From Candidatus Hydrogenedens sp. (lineage in GTDB: Bacteria > Hydrogenedentota > Hydrogenedentia > Hydrogenedentales > Hydrogenedentaceae): 7,912 nucleotides of DNA. Below, one piece after another: positions 1 through 7,614 of this stretch; the first letter of the stretch is position 1, and every line of letters begins with the position of its first letter. Made by a program: the position numbers and the translations under genes. Under the pieces are notes generated by a model that made no database searches, was not told where the DNA came from, and saw only the letters and a program-made list of their open reading frames with translations. The stretch covers positions 1 through 7,912 of the forward strand of contig JBMFRC010000040.1 in the NCBI GenBank assembly GCA_049968235.1, in the 5' to 3' direction.

Positions 1-516
1 CATAAAGGAAGGATTCGTATTACCCGAGTTAGTGAAACCGGAAAAGTAGTTACCTTTAGACATGTAATAACAGGTGACATATTTGGGGACGAAATTTTGT
101 TGGAAAAAAAACAAAGAGAGGAATATGCAGAAGCAATTACAAAATCAGATGTATGGATAATAGCCTTTTCAGAATTCTTAAAAATAAAAGAAGAAAATCA
201 AATATTTGCAAAACTTTATGAAAAAAAACTAATGGAAAGATGTAAAGAATATGAAGAAACATTTGCAGATAGTGTATTTTACCCTGCTATAACACGTGTA
301 GCGAAAAAAATTATAAGAGAAATAAAGAGAGAAATAAATTCTAAAAAAAACTTAGTTATAACTCATCAGGAATTAGCCAACTTATTAGGTATTCGTAGAG
401 AAACTATTACTGTTTGTTTAAAGATTTTAGAGAAAGAAGGATTTATCGAGAAGAAAAAGGGTAGTATAATAATAAAAAATCAAATACTTTTGGAAAATTG
501 GATAGAAAAAAAGTAA
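1..516 (+). CDS. Crp/Fnr-family transcriptional regulator, C-terminal portion. The CDS is 5'-partial: frame 1 is open from base 1 and the first in-window ATG is at 97
   Basis: Frame 1 is open from base 1 (HKGRIRITRVSETGKVVTFRHVITGDIFGDEILL...) with no stop before 516. The tail of a cNMP-type beta-barrel (GDIFGDE..., ...AEAITKSDVWIIAFSEF) is followed by a classic Crp/Fnr winged HTH (ITHQELANLLGIRRETITVCLKILEKEGFIEKKKGSIIIKN). Confidence 0.8.
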   Translation, partial: HKGRIRITRVSETGKVVTFRHVITGDIFGDEILLEKKQREEYAEAITKSDVWIIAFSEFLKIKEENQIFAKLYEKKLMERCKEYEETFADSVFYPAITRVAKKIIREIKREINSKKNLVITHQELANLLGIRRETITVCLKILEKEGFIEKKKGSIIIKNQILLENWIEKK

Positions 517-536
517 CACTATAAAATAAAATCATT

Positions 537-542
537 AAGGAG
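537..542 (+). promoter_or_regulatory. Shine-Dalgarno (AAGGAG) for glgC, 5 nt upstream of the ATG at 548
   Basis: Exact AAGGAG at 537-542 with canonical spacing to the ATG. Confidence 0.6.
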
Positions 543-547
543 TAATT

Positions 548-1765
548 ATGGAAGTATCCATGAAAGATGTCCTTGCTGTTCTACTTGCCGGGGGAGCCGG
601 AGAAAGATTGCACCCTCTAACAAGAAACAGAGCAAAACCTGCAGTTCCTTTTGGAGGTATTTATAGAATTGTAGACTTTACACTTTCTAATTGTATTAAT
701 TCAAACTGCAGAAGAATTCAGGTTCTCGTTCAATATAAATCAAATTCTCTTTCAAGACATATTAGAAATGCATGGAATATTGTTCATCGTGAATTAGGAG
801 AATTTATAGATATTATTCCTCCTCAAATGAGAATAAATGATAGTTGGTATCGCGGAACAGCAGATGCTATTTACCAGAATCTATATTCTATTGACCAGGA
901 AGACCCAAAAATAGTCCTTGTATTAGCAGGTGACCATATTTATAAGATGAACTATCAAAAAATGATTCAATACCATCAGGAAAGAGAAGCAGAATTAACT
1001 ATATCTGCTCTTGAAGTCCCCATTGAAGAAGGTTCTCGTTTTGGAATTATGCAGATAGATAAAAATAATAAAATTATCGGATTCGAAGAAAAACCCAAAG
1101 AACCAAAGTCAATACCCGATAAGCCTGATAAATGCCTTGCCTCTATGGGGATATATGTATTTAATAGGGATTTACTTGCAAATGCCGTAAAGGAAGATGC
1201 AGAAAAAGTTAATTCCGACCATGATTTTGGAAAAAATATTATTCCGAGACTAATTGAAAAAAATAATGTTTATGCATATCCTTTTGAAGATTTAAACAAA
1301 AAAGAAATACCCTACTGGCGTGATGTCGGAACAATTGATAGTTATTGGGAAGCAAATATGGACTTAGTTGAAGTGAGCCCTTTGTTTAATTTATATGACC
1401 GTGAATGGCCTATAAGAACTGTCGTGCCATCGCGTCCTCCCGCAAAATTCGTTTTTGCTGATTTCGGACATCGAATAGGTGTGGCTTTAGATTCTATCGT
1501 TAGTCCCGGATGTATTATCAGTGGAGGTATGGTCAAAAGAAGTATCCTATCAACGGATGTGCGTGTGAATAGTTATGCTTATGTTGAGGAATCCATTCTT
1601 TTTGATGGCTGTAATATAGGACGACATTCAAAGATACGCCGTGCCATTATTGAAAAAAATGTCCAACTGCCAGATAACACAGTCATTGGATATGACCTTG
1701 AGGAAGATTCTAAAAAATATCGTGTTACATCTACAGGTATTGTCGTAGTTGAAAACAAAATATAA
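548..1765 (+). CDS. glgC: Glucose-1-phosphate adenylyltransferase (ADP-glucose pyrophosphorylase)
   Basis: 405-aa ORF. The N-terminus LAGGAGERLHPLTRNRAKPAVPFGGIYRIVDFTLSNCINS...VLVQYKSNSLSRHI matches the hallmark GlgC nucleotide-binding/activator region (E. coli: [41 protein letters not shown]...QYQSHTLVQHI). GTADA, the LAGDHIYKMNY motif and a C-terminal left-handed beta-helix-like region are present. A strong SD lies upstream. Confidence 0.93.
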   Translation: MEVSMKDVLAVLLAGGAGERLHPLTRNRAKPAVPFGGIYRIVDFTLSNCINSNCRRIQVLVQYKSNSLSRHIRNAWNIVHRELGEFIDIIPPQMRINDSWYRGTADAIYQNLYSIDQEDPKIVLVLAGDHIYKMNYQKMIQYHQEREAELTISALEVPIEEGSRFGIMQIDKNNKIIGFEEKPKEPKSIPDKPDKCLASMGIYVFNRDLLANAVKEDAEKVNSDHDFGKNIIPRLIEKNNVYAYPFEDLNKKEIPYWRDVGTIDSYWEANMDLVEVSPLFNLYDREWPIRTVVPSRPPAKFVFADFGHRIGVALDSIVSPGCIISGGMVKRSILSTDVRVNSYAYVEESILFDGCNIGRHSKIRRAIIEKNVQLPDNTVIGYDLEEDSKKYRVTSTGIVVVENKI

Positions 1766-1776
1766 AACGTTTATTT

Positions 1777-2886
1777 ATGAAAATACTTAACTGTAAAACT
1801 AAAGAAATATTATTTATTCTGCTTACAATTTGGATATTTCTATTCCCTATAACCATATATTCCGAGATTTCTAATACCACCGAAATTACAGTAAAACCCG
1901 ATTACAATAGTATAGATGCATTTTTAGAAAAAGAAATAGATAAAAATAAAGAATATAACTCTCCTGAGGAACTACTTAAAAAAGCAAACGAGTTGTTGAA
2001 TTTAGTAGATTATTTTAAAGAACGAAAAGATAGAGATGTAATAAAAAAGATTATGTTGTCTATCGAGGAAATATACAAAGAAGGCTTATCAAAATACCCT
2101 GCAAATATAAGGATATATGATGATTATGGGGCTTTTCTATATGATTATAAGGGGGATTATATAAATTCTGTTCAATTATGGGAACAAGGGTACAAACTGG
2201 ATGAAAAAGATGCAAGCATAAACAATAATTTAGCCCTACACTATTTCCATATTGGTGAATATGATAAAGGATGGGATTATTTACAAAATGCACTAAAATA
2301 TGGTGAGAATGAATCTAATATATTATATAATTCAGCACAGATTTTTATAATTTATAGAAATCAAATTCAAGAAAGAACCGGCTGGGATAAAGAAAAAATA
2401 TATAAAAAAGCAATGGAATATTCTGAAAAAGCAGTAAAAATAAGTCCCAATGACTTTGAATTATTAAAAGATTATGCATTAAATTTTTTTGCCGCAGTTC
2501 AATTCAATTTACCGATAGAAGGAAAAAAATCTGCTATTGCATGGCAAACTGCAAGAAAACATGCCCAAAATGATGATGAAGTTTTTTATACATGGGTAAA
2601 TGAAGGAAGAGCATGGTTAGCCATTAACGAACTAAAAAAAGCAAGAGAGTGCCTTGTTGAGGCTATAAAAATACGACCTGATAGTGTAATTGTAAAAGAT
2701 ATATTGTCCCGTATTGATTCAGGAGAAATTAAGGAAAGTATTGAAGAACAAAAAAAGGCAAAACATAAACCTCCAGAAGAAGAATATCGAAATTCATTAA
2801 TATCTCCTTTTAAGAATTTTTCAGGCAAGAAAAATAAAACACCACTAATACCACAACAAGATAAACCCGAAAAGAAAAAGAAATAA
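1777..2886 (+). CDS. TPR-like repeat protein with N-terminal signal peptide or signal anchor and a Lys-rich C-terminal tail
   Basis: 369-aa ORF. The hydrophobic N-terminus (ILFILLTIWIFLFPITIYSE) is followed by a helical repeat architecture with TPR-like signatures (LALHYFHIGEYDKGWDYLQNALKYG, NSAQIFIIYRN, WVNEGRAWLAINELKKARECLVEAIKIRPD). It lies 11 nt after the glgC stop and no SD is evident. Confidence 0.6.
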   Translation: MKILNCKTKEILFILLTIWIFLFPITIYSEISNTTEITVKPDYNSIDAFLEKEIDKNKEYNSPEELLKKANELLNLVDYFKERKDRDVIKKIMLSIEEIYKEGLSKYPANIRIYDDYGAFLYDYKGDYINSVQLWEQGYKLDEKDASINNNLALHYFHIGEYDKGWDYLQNALKYGENESNILYNSAQIFIIYRNQIQERTGWDKEKIYKKAMEYSEKAVKISPNDFELLKDYALNFFAAVQFNLPIEGKKSAIAWQTARKHAQNDDEVFYTWVNEGRAWLAINELKKARECLVEAIKIRPDSVIVKDILSRIDSGEIKESIEEQKKAKHKPPEEEYRNSLISPFKNFSGKKNKTPLIPQQDKPEKKKK

Positions 2887-2896
2887 TCATTTTACT

Positions 2897-3631
2897 ATGC
2901 CATATTATCAAAAAAGTTACTATTATGAAAATATAAGTTATTTCCGTCCTCCAATTACACCAGGAGTAAGAGCTCTTATAATAATCAACATAGTTATTTT
3001 CGTAATACAGTTATTTATAGGATTACTAATTTCACTCTATAACTCTCTATTTGGTGGAATTTTCTTTGTAAATCAGTCTTTATCATATTTCCATATATCT
3101 TATTGGTTTGGATTTAATGTTCCAATGTTTGTAAAGGGTGCTTTATGGCAACCTTTTACATATTTGTTTATCCATTCCAGTTTATCGCATTTGTTTTTTA
3201 ATATGTTATGGCTTTATATATTTGGTCCTGAAGTGGAAATATACTTTACAAAAAAAAGATTTATTACATTTTATCTTTTTTGCGGAGTTATCTCTGTGCT
3301 GGTAAACTTTATCCCCTTTGTGATACGAGGATTTCAACCACCCATTATCGGTGCAAGTGGTAGTATTATGGCAGTTCTTATTGCATTTGCATATATTAAT
3401 CCTGAACGCGAATTTATTCTTTTCCCATTACCTATTCCTATTAATGCAAGAGGTATTGTTATTTTAGTTATACTGATGAATTTATTCTATGGTTTAGATG
3501 AAACTCAATATTCAGTTTTGACACATTTCGCAGGTATGGGTATTGGTTATCTTTATATTTCTGCGGACTATTTAGGTATTATATATAAAATAAAAAAAAT
3601 ACTTGGTTTAAATAAATTTGATGTAATATAA
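2897..3631 (+). CDS. Rhomboid-family intramembrane serine protease
   Basis: 244-aa polytopic membrane protein. TM1 (RALIIINIVIFVIQLF) is followed by a loop with WQPFTYLFIHSSLSHLFFNMLWLYIFG (rhomboid TM2 H..H...N motif), the catalytic GASGSIMAVL (GxSG) in TM4, and a catalytic His region THFAGMGIGYLY in TM6. It lies 10 nt after the upstream stop. Confidence 0.85.
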   Translation: MPYYQKSYYYENISYFRPPITPGVRALIIINIVIFVIQLFIGLLISLYNSLFGGIFFVNQSLSYFHISYWFGFNVPMFVKGALWQPFTYLFIHSSLSHLFFNMLWLYIFGPEVEIYFTKKRFITFYLFCGVISVLVNFIPFVIRGFQPPIIGASGSIMAVLIAFAYINPEREFILFPLPIPINARGIVILVILMNLFYGLDETQYSVLTHFAGMGIGYLYISADYLGIIYKIKKILGLNKFDVI

Positions 3632-3670
3632 CGGATTATTTCGTTAAATATAGTAAGGGATTTCTACTAT

Positions 3671-4030
3671 ATGTTTCCGAGTTTTCAGGAATTTTTAATG
3701 TTTATTGTGATTATTATCCTGTTAAATTTTACAGGAATACTACCCATTGTTATACGAACATTTAAGGAATTTCGAGGAGATTATGATGGTTATAGAGAAA
3801 GTGAGAGTAAAAATATAAAGGACAATAAAAATCCTCAAAACATAGAGATATCCTATCGTCTTTTAGGTGTTTCTCCCAGCAGTAGTTGGGAAGAAATAGA
3901 AAAAGCATACCGTAGAAAGGCAAAGATACATCATCCAGATCTCGGTGGCGATGAAGATACAATGAAAGCATTAAATGAAGCATATGAAATATTAAAAAGA
4001 ATTTACAAAGGAAATAAAAAAAATTTATGA
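3671..4030 (+). CDS. Small membrane-anchored J-domain (DnaJ-like) protein
   Basis: 119 aa. An N-terminal hydrophobic segment ([21 protein letters not shown]) is followed by a short J-domain: [47 protein letters not shown] with an intact HPD tripeptide. A weak SD (AAGGGA) lies about 10 nt upstream. Confidence 0.75.
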   Translation: MFPSFQEFLMFIVIIILLNFTGILPIVIRTFKEFRGDYDGYRESESKNIKDNKNPQNIEISYRLLGVSPSSSWEEIEKAYRRKAKIHHPDLGGDEDTMKALNEAYEILKRIYKGNKKNL

Positions 4031-6006
4031 AAATAAATAGAAGAAAATTTCTATTCTCCTCTGCAGTTACTTTAGGTTTAATAACGAAATCAAAAAGTTT
4101 ATTTGCCAGTAATAATAAAACACGAGTAGTTCTTCTCGGTTTTGACGGAGCCGAGCCAGATATTGTAAAAAGCATGTTAGAAAAAAAACAATTGCCTAAT
4201 CTTGAAACAGTAATGAAACAGGGATGCTTTTTAAACCTAACTTCTACAATTCCTCCACAATCTCCAACAGCATGGTCAAGTTTTGCTACATGTAAAAATC
4301 CGGGAGAACACGGCATTTATGATTTTCTTCGTCGAGACCCCAAAACATATTTTCCGGGTTTAGCATTGGGGTCTGTTCATTCTCCAGAATTTGATGAACA
4401 GGGCAATCTCAAAAAAGAACCATACTTCGAAACATATCGAAGAGGGATTCCTTTCTGGAAAATTGCTGATGAACAGGGAATCCGTTGTAAGATTCTAAAT
4501 ATGCCATATTCATACCCACCTGATACATTAAAAAATGGATTAATGTTAAGTGGTCTGGGTGTTCCTGATATTAGAGGAACAGAAAGTTTATTTTTTGTGT
4601 TTTCCGATAGATTTACAGAGGAAGAATTAAAACAAAGTATTTCCGGAGGGATGCGTATTAAATTAAACTTTAACAATTCATTTGCAGAGGTAAAATTACC
4701 TGCTCTCCGTAATCCCATTAATCCTAAAAACGGATTTATAGAAGCAAATATAAGTTTCAAAGTAGATAAAACAACAAAGAAAGTAACTATAAATTTAGCA
4801 GATCGTAAAAGTATCCAGATTGAGCAAGGACATTGGTCCGATTGGATAGAATGGGAATTCCCCGTGACAGAAAAATATTCTGTAAAGGCAATCAGTAAAT
4901 TTTATGTAAACAAAATAGGTGAAGAAGTTAATATATATATGACTTGTTTGCAATTTCATCCTCGTTATCCCTATATACCTTTTACTCATCCAGTTAAATA
5001 TTCAGAAGAACTGGCAGAAAGATATGGACTGTATAAAACAATCGGATGGAATTATGATACACATGCTCTGCGTCAAGATGTTCTAACAGAGGATGTCTTC
5101 CTTGATGATGTTCGGAAAACAATGGCATGGCATGAAACGCTAATGTTGGATGAATTAAATAAAGAAGACGATTGGAAATTATTAATGACTATGTGGATGG
5201 CTACTGACAGAGTAGCCCATTTGTTCTGGCGTTTTCGTGACCCTCAACATCCGGAATATAATGCGGAAAAAGCAAAGGTTTACGGAGAAGCCATAGAGGA
5301 AACCTATCGGATAATGGACAAAATTATTGGTAATGCCATGAAATCTATTCGGGAGGATGATTGGTTAATAATAATGTCCGACCATGGGTTTAATACATAC
5401 CGAAAAGGGTTTAATCTGGGAACATGGCTTATACGGGAAGGATACCTTGTTGTAGAGGGACAAACAAATCCGGAAACTGCTTACAATGACCAGGCATTTC
5501 TTTTAGGTTATGATTGGAATAAAACAAAAGCATACGCTTTAGGATTAGGTTCCATATATCTTAATATTGAAGGTCGTGAAAAAAATGGAATTGTTAACAA
5601 AGAAGATGCAAGAGAGTTACGAGAGGAAATAAAAAATAAATTATTGAGTGTAAAAGACCCACAAACAAGTTTACCTGTAGTTAGTAATGTATATAGTTGT
5701 GAAGATTTTCATGGAGATGAAGTAAAAAATGCCCCTGACTTAATTTTGGGTTATCATAAAGGCTACCAATCAACAAAAGCAACCGCCAAAGGTTCTGCTC
5801 CCCAATCAATATTTGAAGATAATAAGGATAAATGGAGTGGTGACCATGTGGCAACAGATTATAAATTAATTCCCGGCATGATGATAACAAATAAAAATAT
5901 AAATACATCCTCACCCCACATTCAAGATATTGGCGTTTCCATTTTATCATACCTGAATTTAAATGTCCCCAAGGATTTGCAAGGGAAGAATATTCTTGAA
6001 GGTTGA
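4027..6006 (+). CDS. Tat-signal alkaline-phosphatase-superfamily enzyme (type I phosphodiesterase / nucleotide pyrophosphatase-like, PF01663-like)
   Basis: 659 aa. Its start overlaps the upstream stop (ATGA, 4027-4030). The N-terminus [28 protein letters not shown] has a twin-arginine RRxFL motif, an h-region and an AxA-like cleavage site. [10 protein letters not shown] (metal-binding Asp), a ...[28 protein letters not shown] nucleophile region (candidate Thr at 4246-4248), LIIMSDHGF and WSGDHV are typical of NPP/AlkP-like metallo-phosphoesterases. Confidence 0.8.
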   Translation: MKINRRKFLFSSAVTLGLITKSKSLFASNNKTRVVLLGFDGAEPDIVKSMLEKKQLPNLETVMKQGCFLNLTSTIPPQSPTAWSSFATCKNPGEHGIYDFLRRDPKTYFPGLALGSVHSPEFDEQGNLKKEPYFETYRRGIPFWKIADEQGIRCKILNMPYSYPPDTLKNGLMLSGLGVPDIRGTESLFFVFSDRFTEEELKQSISGGMRIKLNFNNSFAEVKLPALRNPINPKNGFIEANISFKVDKTTKKVTINLADRKSIQIEQGHWSDWIEWEFPVTEKYSVKAISKFYVNKIGEEVNIYMTCLQFHPRYPYIPFTHPVKYSEELAERYGLYKTIGWNYDTHALRQDVLTEDVFLDDVRKTMAWHETLMLDELNKEDDWKLLMTMWMATDRVAHLFWRFRDPQHPEYNAEKAKVYGEAIEETYRIMDKIIGNAMKSIREDDWLIIMSDHGFNTYRKGFNLGTWLIREGYLVVEGQTNPETAYNDQAFLLGYDWNKTKAYALGLGSIYLNIEGREKNGIVNKEDARELREEIKNKLLSVKDPQTSLPVVSNVYSCEDFHGDEVKNAPDLILGYHKGYQSTKATAKGSAPQSIFEDNKDKWSGDHVATDYKLIPGMMITNKNINTSSPHIQDIGVSILSYLNLNVPKDLQGKNILEG

Positions 6007-6015
6007 AAATAATAA

Positions 6016-6990
6016 TTAACCGAACCATTTACGAGGGCGCTCTTTATTACGTTTATACATTTGTATAGCAGTAGAAGCATCTTCTTTTACTTGAAAATCA
6101 AACATTCCCACACAAATAAAATCAGCCCCATGTTTAAATGCAAAATCAAAACCTTTTTTAGGAGGTATTGCCCCAGCAGCAAGGACTTTAAATGCTATCC
6201 ACGGAACTTTAACATTTTTCATTATTTCCCGGGTTTTATCCGGGTCCATATCCCACTTATTGTCATAATATTCATTCGATTTAGCTGACCAATAATCAAG
6301 GGAATGGAATGTCTTCATATAAAAATCCGGATAAATTCCCTCTTTTTCACATGCGATAACAACATCGATAGAGTGACCGCCAATACCTCCTATAACACCT
6401 TTATCCCGTATATGGTCAACTATTTTCCCTAAAAGTTTTGTATCTCCTTTTTTTACAAAATCATCTCCTATCTGTCCCTGAATATATACACCAGTAGCGC
6501 CGTTATCGATGGCTATATCTGCATCCTCAAAAAGATTGATTTTCTTAGGCTTTATTTGTGCAATCCATTGTATTTTTCCATGATATTCTCTCCAATAGCG
6601 ATTGATAATTTTTAATGTTTTATCATCCAATCTCAATATCGCAGTATTTATACCTGCCTGCTCGTATAAATTAAGTGTTTGCAATATCTTTTGTTCTGTA
6701 AAATAGTTTCTCATTAATTCGCTAACATAAATCAAATCCCTACTATGGGATATTCCACTTATTAAATTTCCCCCGGCTATTAGCCTGCTCACTTCAAGAT
6801 GTTTGATTTTCCCCATCGGCATATTTTTAGGCAAATCCTCAACGTTATTTAAATAGTCTTCTTCCTCTAATAATTCTCCTTGTTCCTCAATCAGAGGTAG
6901 GGAATCATTTTGATTTAGAATTGAATTTGCTAAAAAAGGAGAAAGAGAAGCGCCAGCAATAAATTCTCTTCTTGATATATGGTCCTTCAT
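6016..6990 (-). CDS. Tat-signal (twin-arginine) exported protein of unknown function; predicted alpha/beta, possibly a TIM-barrel-like fold
   Basis: 324 aa. MKDHISRREFIAGASLSPFLANS is a good Tat signal. An acidic linker (EEQGELLEEEDYLNNVED) precedes an alternating beta/alpha pattern with Gly-rich loops (GGIGGHS, AAGAIPP). SD AGGAG (reverse complement of 6997-7001) lies 6 nt from the ATG. No family assignment is possible by eye. Confidence 0.6.
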   Translation of the reverse strand: MKDHISRREFIAGASLSPFLANSILNQNDSLPLIEEQGELLEEEDYLNNVEDLPKNMPMGKIKHLEVSRLIAGGNLISGISHSRDLIYVSELMRNYFTEQKILQTLNLYEQAGINTAILRLDDKTLKIINRYWREYHGKIQWIAQIKPKKINLFEDADIAIDNGATGVYIQGQIGDDFVKKGDTKLLGKIVDHIRDKGVIGGIGGHSIDVVIACEKEGIYPDFYMKTFHSLDYWSAKSNEYYDNKWDMDPDKTREIMKNVKVPWIAFKVLAAGAIPPKKGFDFAFKHGADFICVGMFDFQVKEDASTAIQMYKRNKERPRKWFG

Positions 6991-7093
6991 TAGAACACTC
7001 CTATATGTTAATTGATTTAAAAACTCTATGATATAATTAATATAAATTAATATGAAATATAATATTGTATATTAAAATTAACGAATAAAGGTT
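6991..7093. promoter_or_regulatory. AT-rich divergent promoter/operator region between the minus-strand Tat protein gene and the plus-strand CNB-domain gene
   Basis: 103-bp intergenic region between divergent starts. Tandem 10-bp-phased direct repeat AATTAATAT at 7035-7043 and 7045-7053. Inverted repeat GTTAATT (7007-7013) and AATTAAC (7076-7082). TATAAT-like hexamer at 7058-7063, suitably placed for the ORF starting at 7094. Confidence 0.3.
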
Positions 7094-7603
7094 ATGACGG
7101 ATATACAGAAATATGAACGATATGCAGAAAAAATATCACTCTTTAATGGTTTAATGGCAGAAGAAGTAGAAGACTTGATAAAAAGAGGTAAAATTATTAT
7201 TGCAAGAAAAGGGGAGACCATATTCCATGAAGGAATGTTAGGTAGCAACTTATTTATTGTATTGAGCGGTAAAGTTGGTATTTATATAAAAAATCAACTT
7301 ATAACAAAATGCCATGTTGGTGATACTTTTGGTGAAATGGCAGTGTTAAATAAAAAACCAAGAACAGCAACTGCGACCGCATTAGAAGAAAGTCGTTTAT
7401 TATGTCTGGATGAAAAACAGATAAACGATATATTAGAAAAACATGTCGCAGTAAGGTTATTGCTCAATGCCATACATTTCTTGAGTGAACGATTAGAGAG
7501 AGATAATTATTTAATTGCAGAAATGGTTAAGACATTAAAAAAACATAATATAGATATTCCGGAAATAGAACCTAAAAAGGGTAAGGAAGATAAAAAACAA
7601 TAG
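7094..7603 (+). CDS. Stand-alone cyclic-nucleotide-binding (CNB) domain protein; no DNA-binding or other effector domain
   Basis: 169 aa. FGEMAVLNKKPRTATATALEESRLLCLD matches the cNMP-binding signature F-G-E-x-A-[LIV]-x(5)-R-[ST]-A-T-A-x-A. The beta-barrel is followed by the hinge/C-helix (VAVRLLLNAIHFLSERLERDNYLIAEMV) and a short charged tail with no HTH. Confidence 0.8.
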   Translation: MTDIQKYERYAEKISLFNGLMAEEVEDLIKRGKIIIARKGETIFHEGMLGSNLFIVLSGKVGIYIKNQLITKCHVGDTFGEMAVLNKKPRTATATALEESRLLCLDEKQINDILEKHVAVRLLLNAIHFLSERLERDNYLIAEMVKTLKKHNIDIPEIEPKKGKEDKKQ

Positions 7604-7614
7604 AACTATTGACT

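Noticed and set aside
100-350. Homopolymeric A8 tracts in coding sequence (e.g. ~103-110, ~343-350), possible slipped-strand or phase-variation sites
   Set aside because: In a genome this AT- and Lys-rich (AAA codons), A-runs of this length are expected by composition. Frames stay open through them and there is no adjacent alternative-frame ORF.
1342-1536. 64-aa minus-strand ORF inside glgC
   Set aside because: Embedded antisense within a high-confidence conserved gene; short, with no motif.
2060-2828. Two minus-strand ORFs (2060-2293, 2586-2828) inside the TPR-protein gene
   Set aside because: Antisense to a longer ORF with coherent repeat architecture; short and compositionally biased; no start context.
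3762-4316. 184-aa minus-strand ORF overlapping the J-domain gene and the start of the phosphoesterase gene
   Set aside because: It is entirely antisense to two well-supported CDSs (J-domain with HPD; Tat-signal AlkP-like). The translation is low-complexity (Phe/Leu-rich from reading AT-rich DNA in reverse) and has no recognisable motifs or SD.
4377-6288. Minus-strand ORFs 4377-4760, 4795-4989, 5681-6028 and plus-strand ORF 6061-6288
   Set aside because: All lie inside and antisense to the 659-aa AlkP-like gene or the 324-aa Tat-protein gene, which carry clear catalytic or signal motifs. Their translations look like random AT-rich reading.
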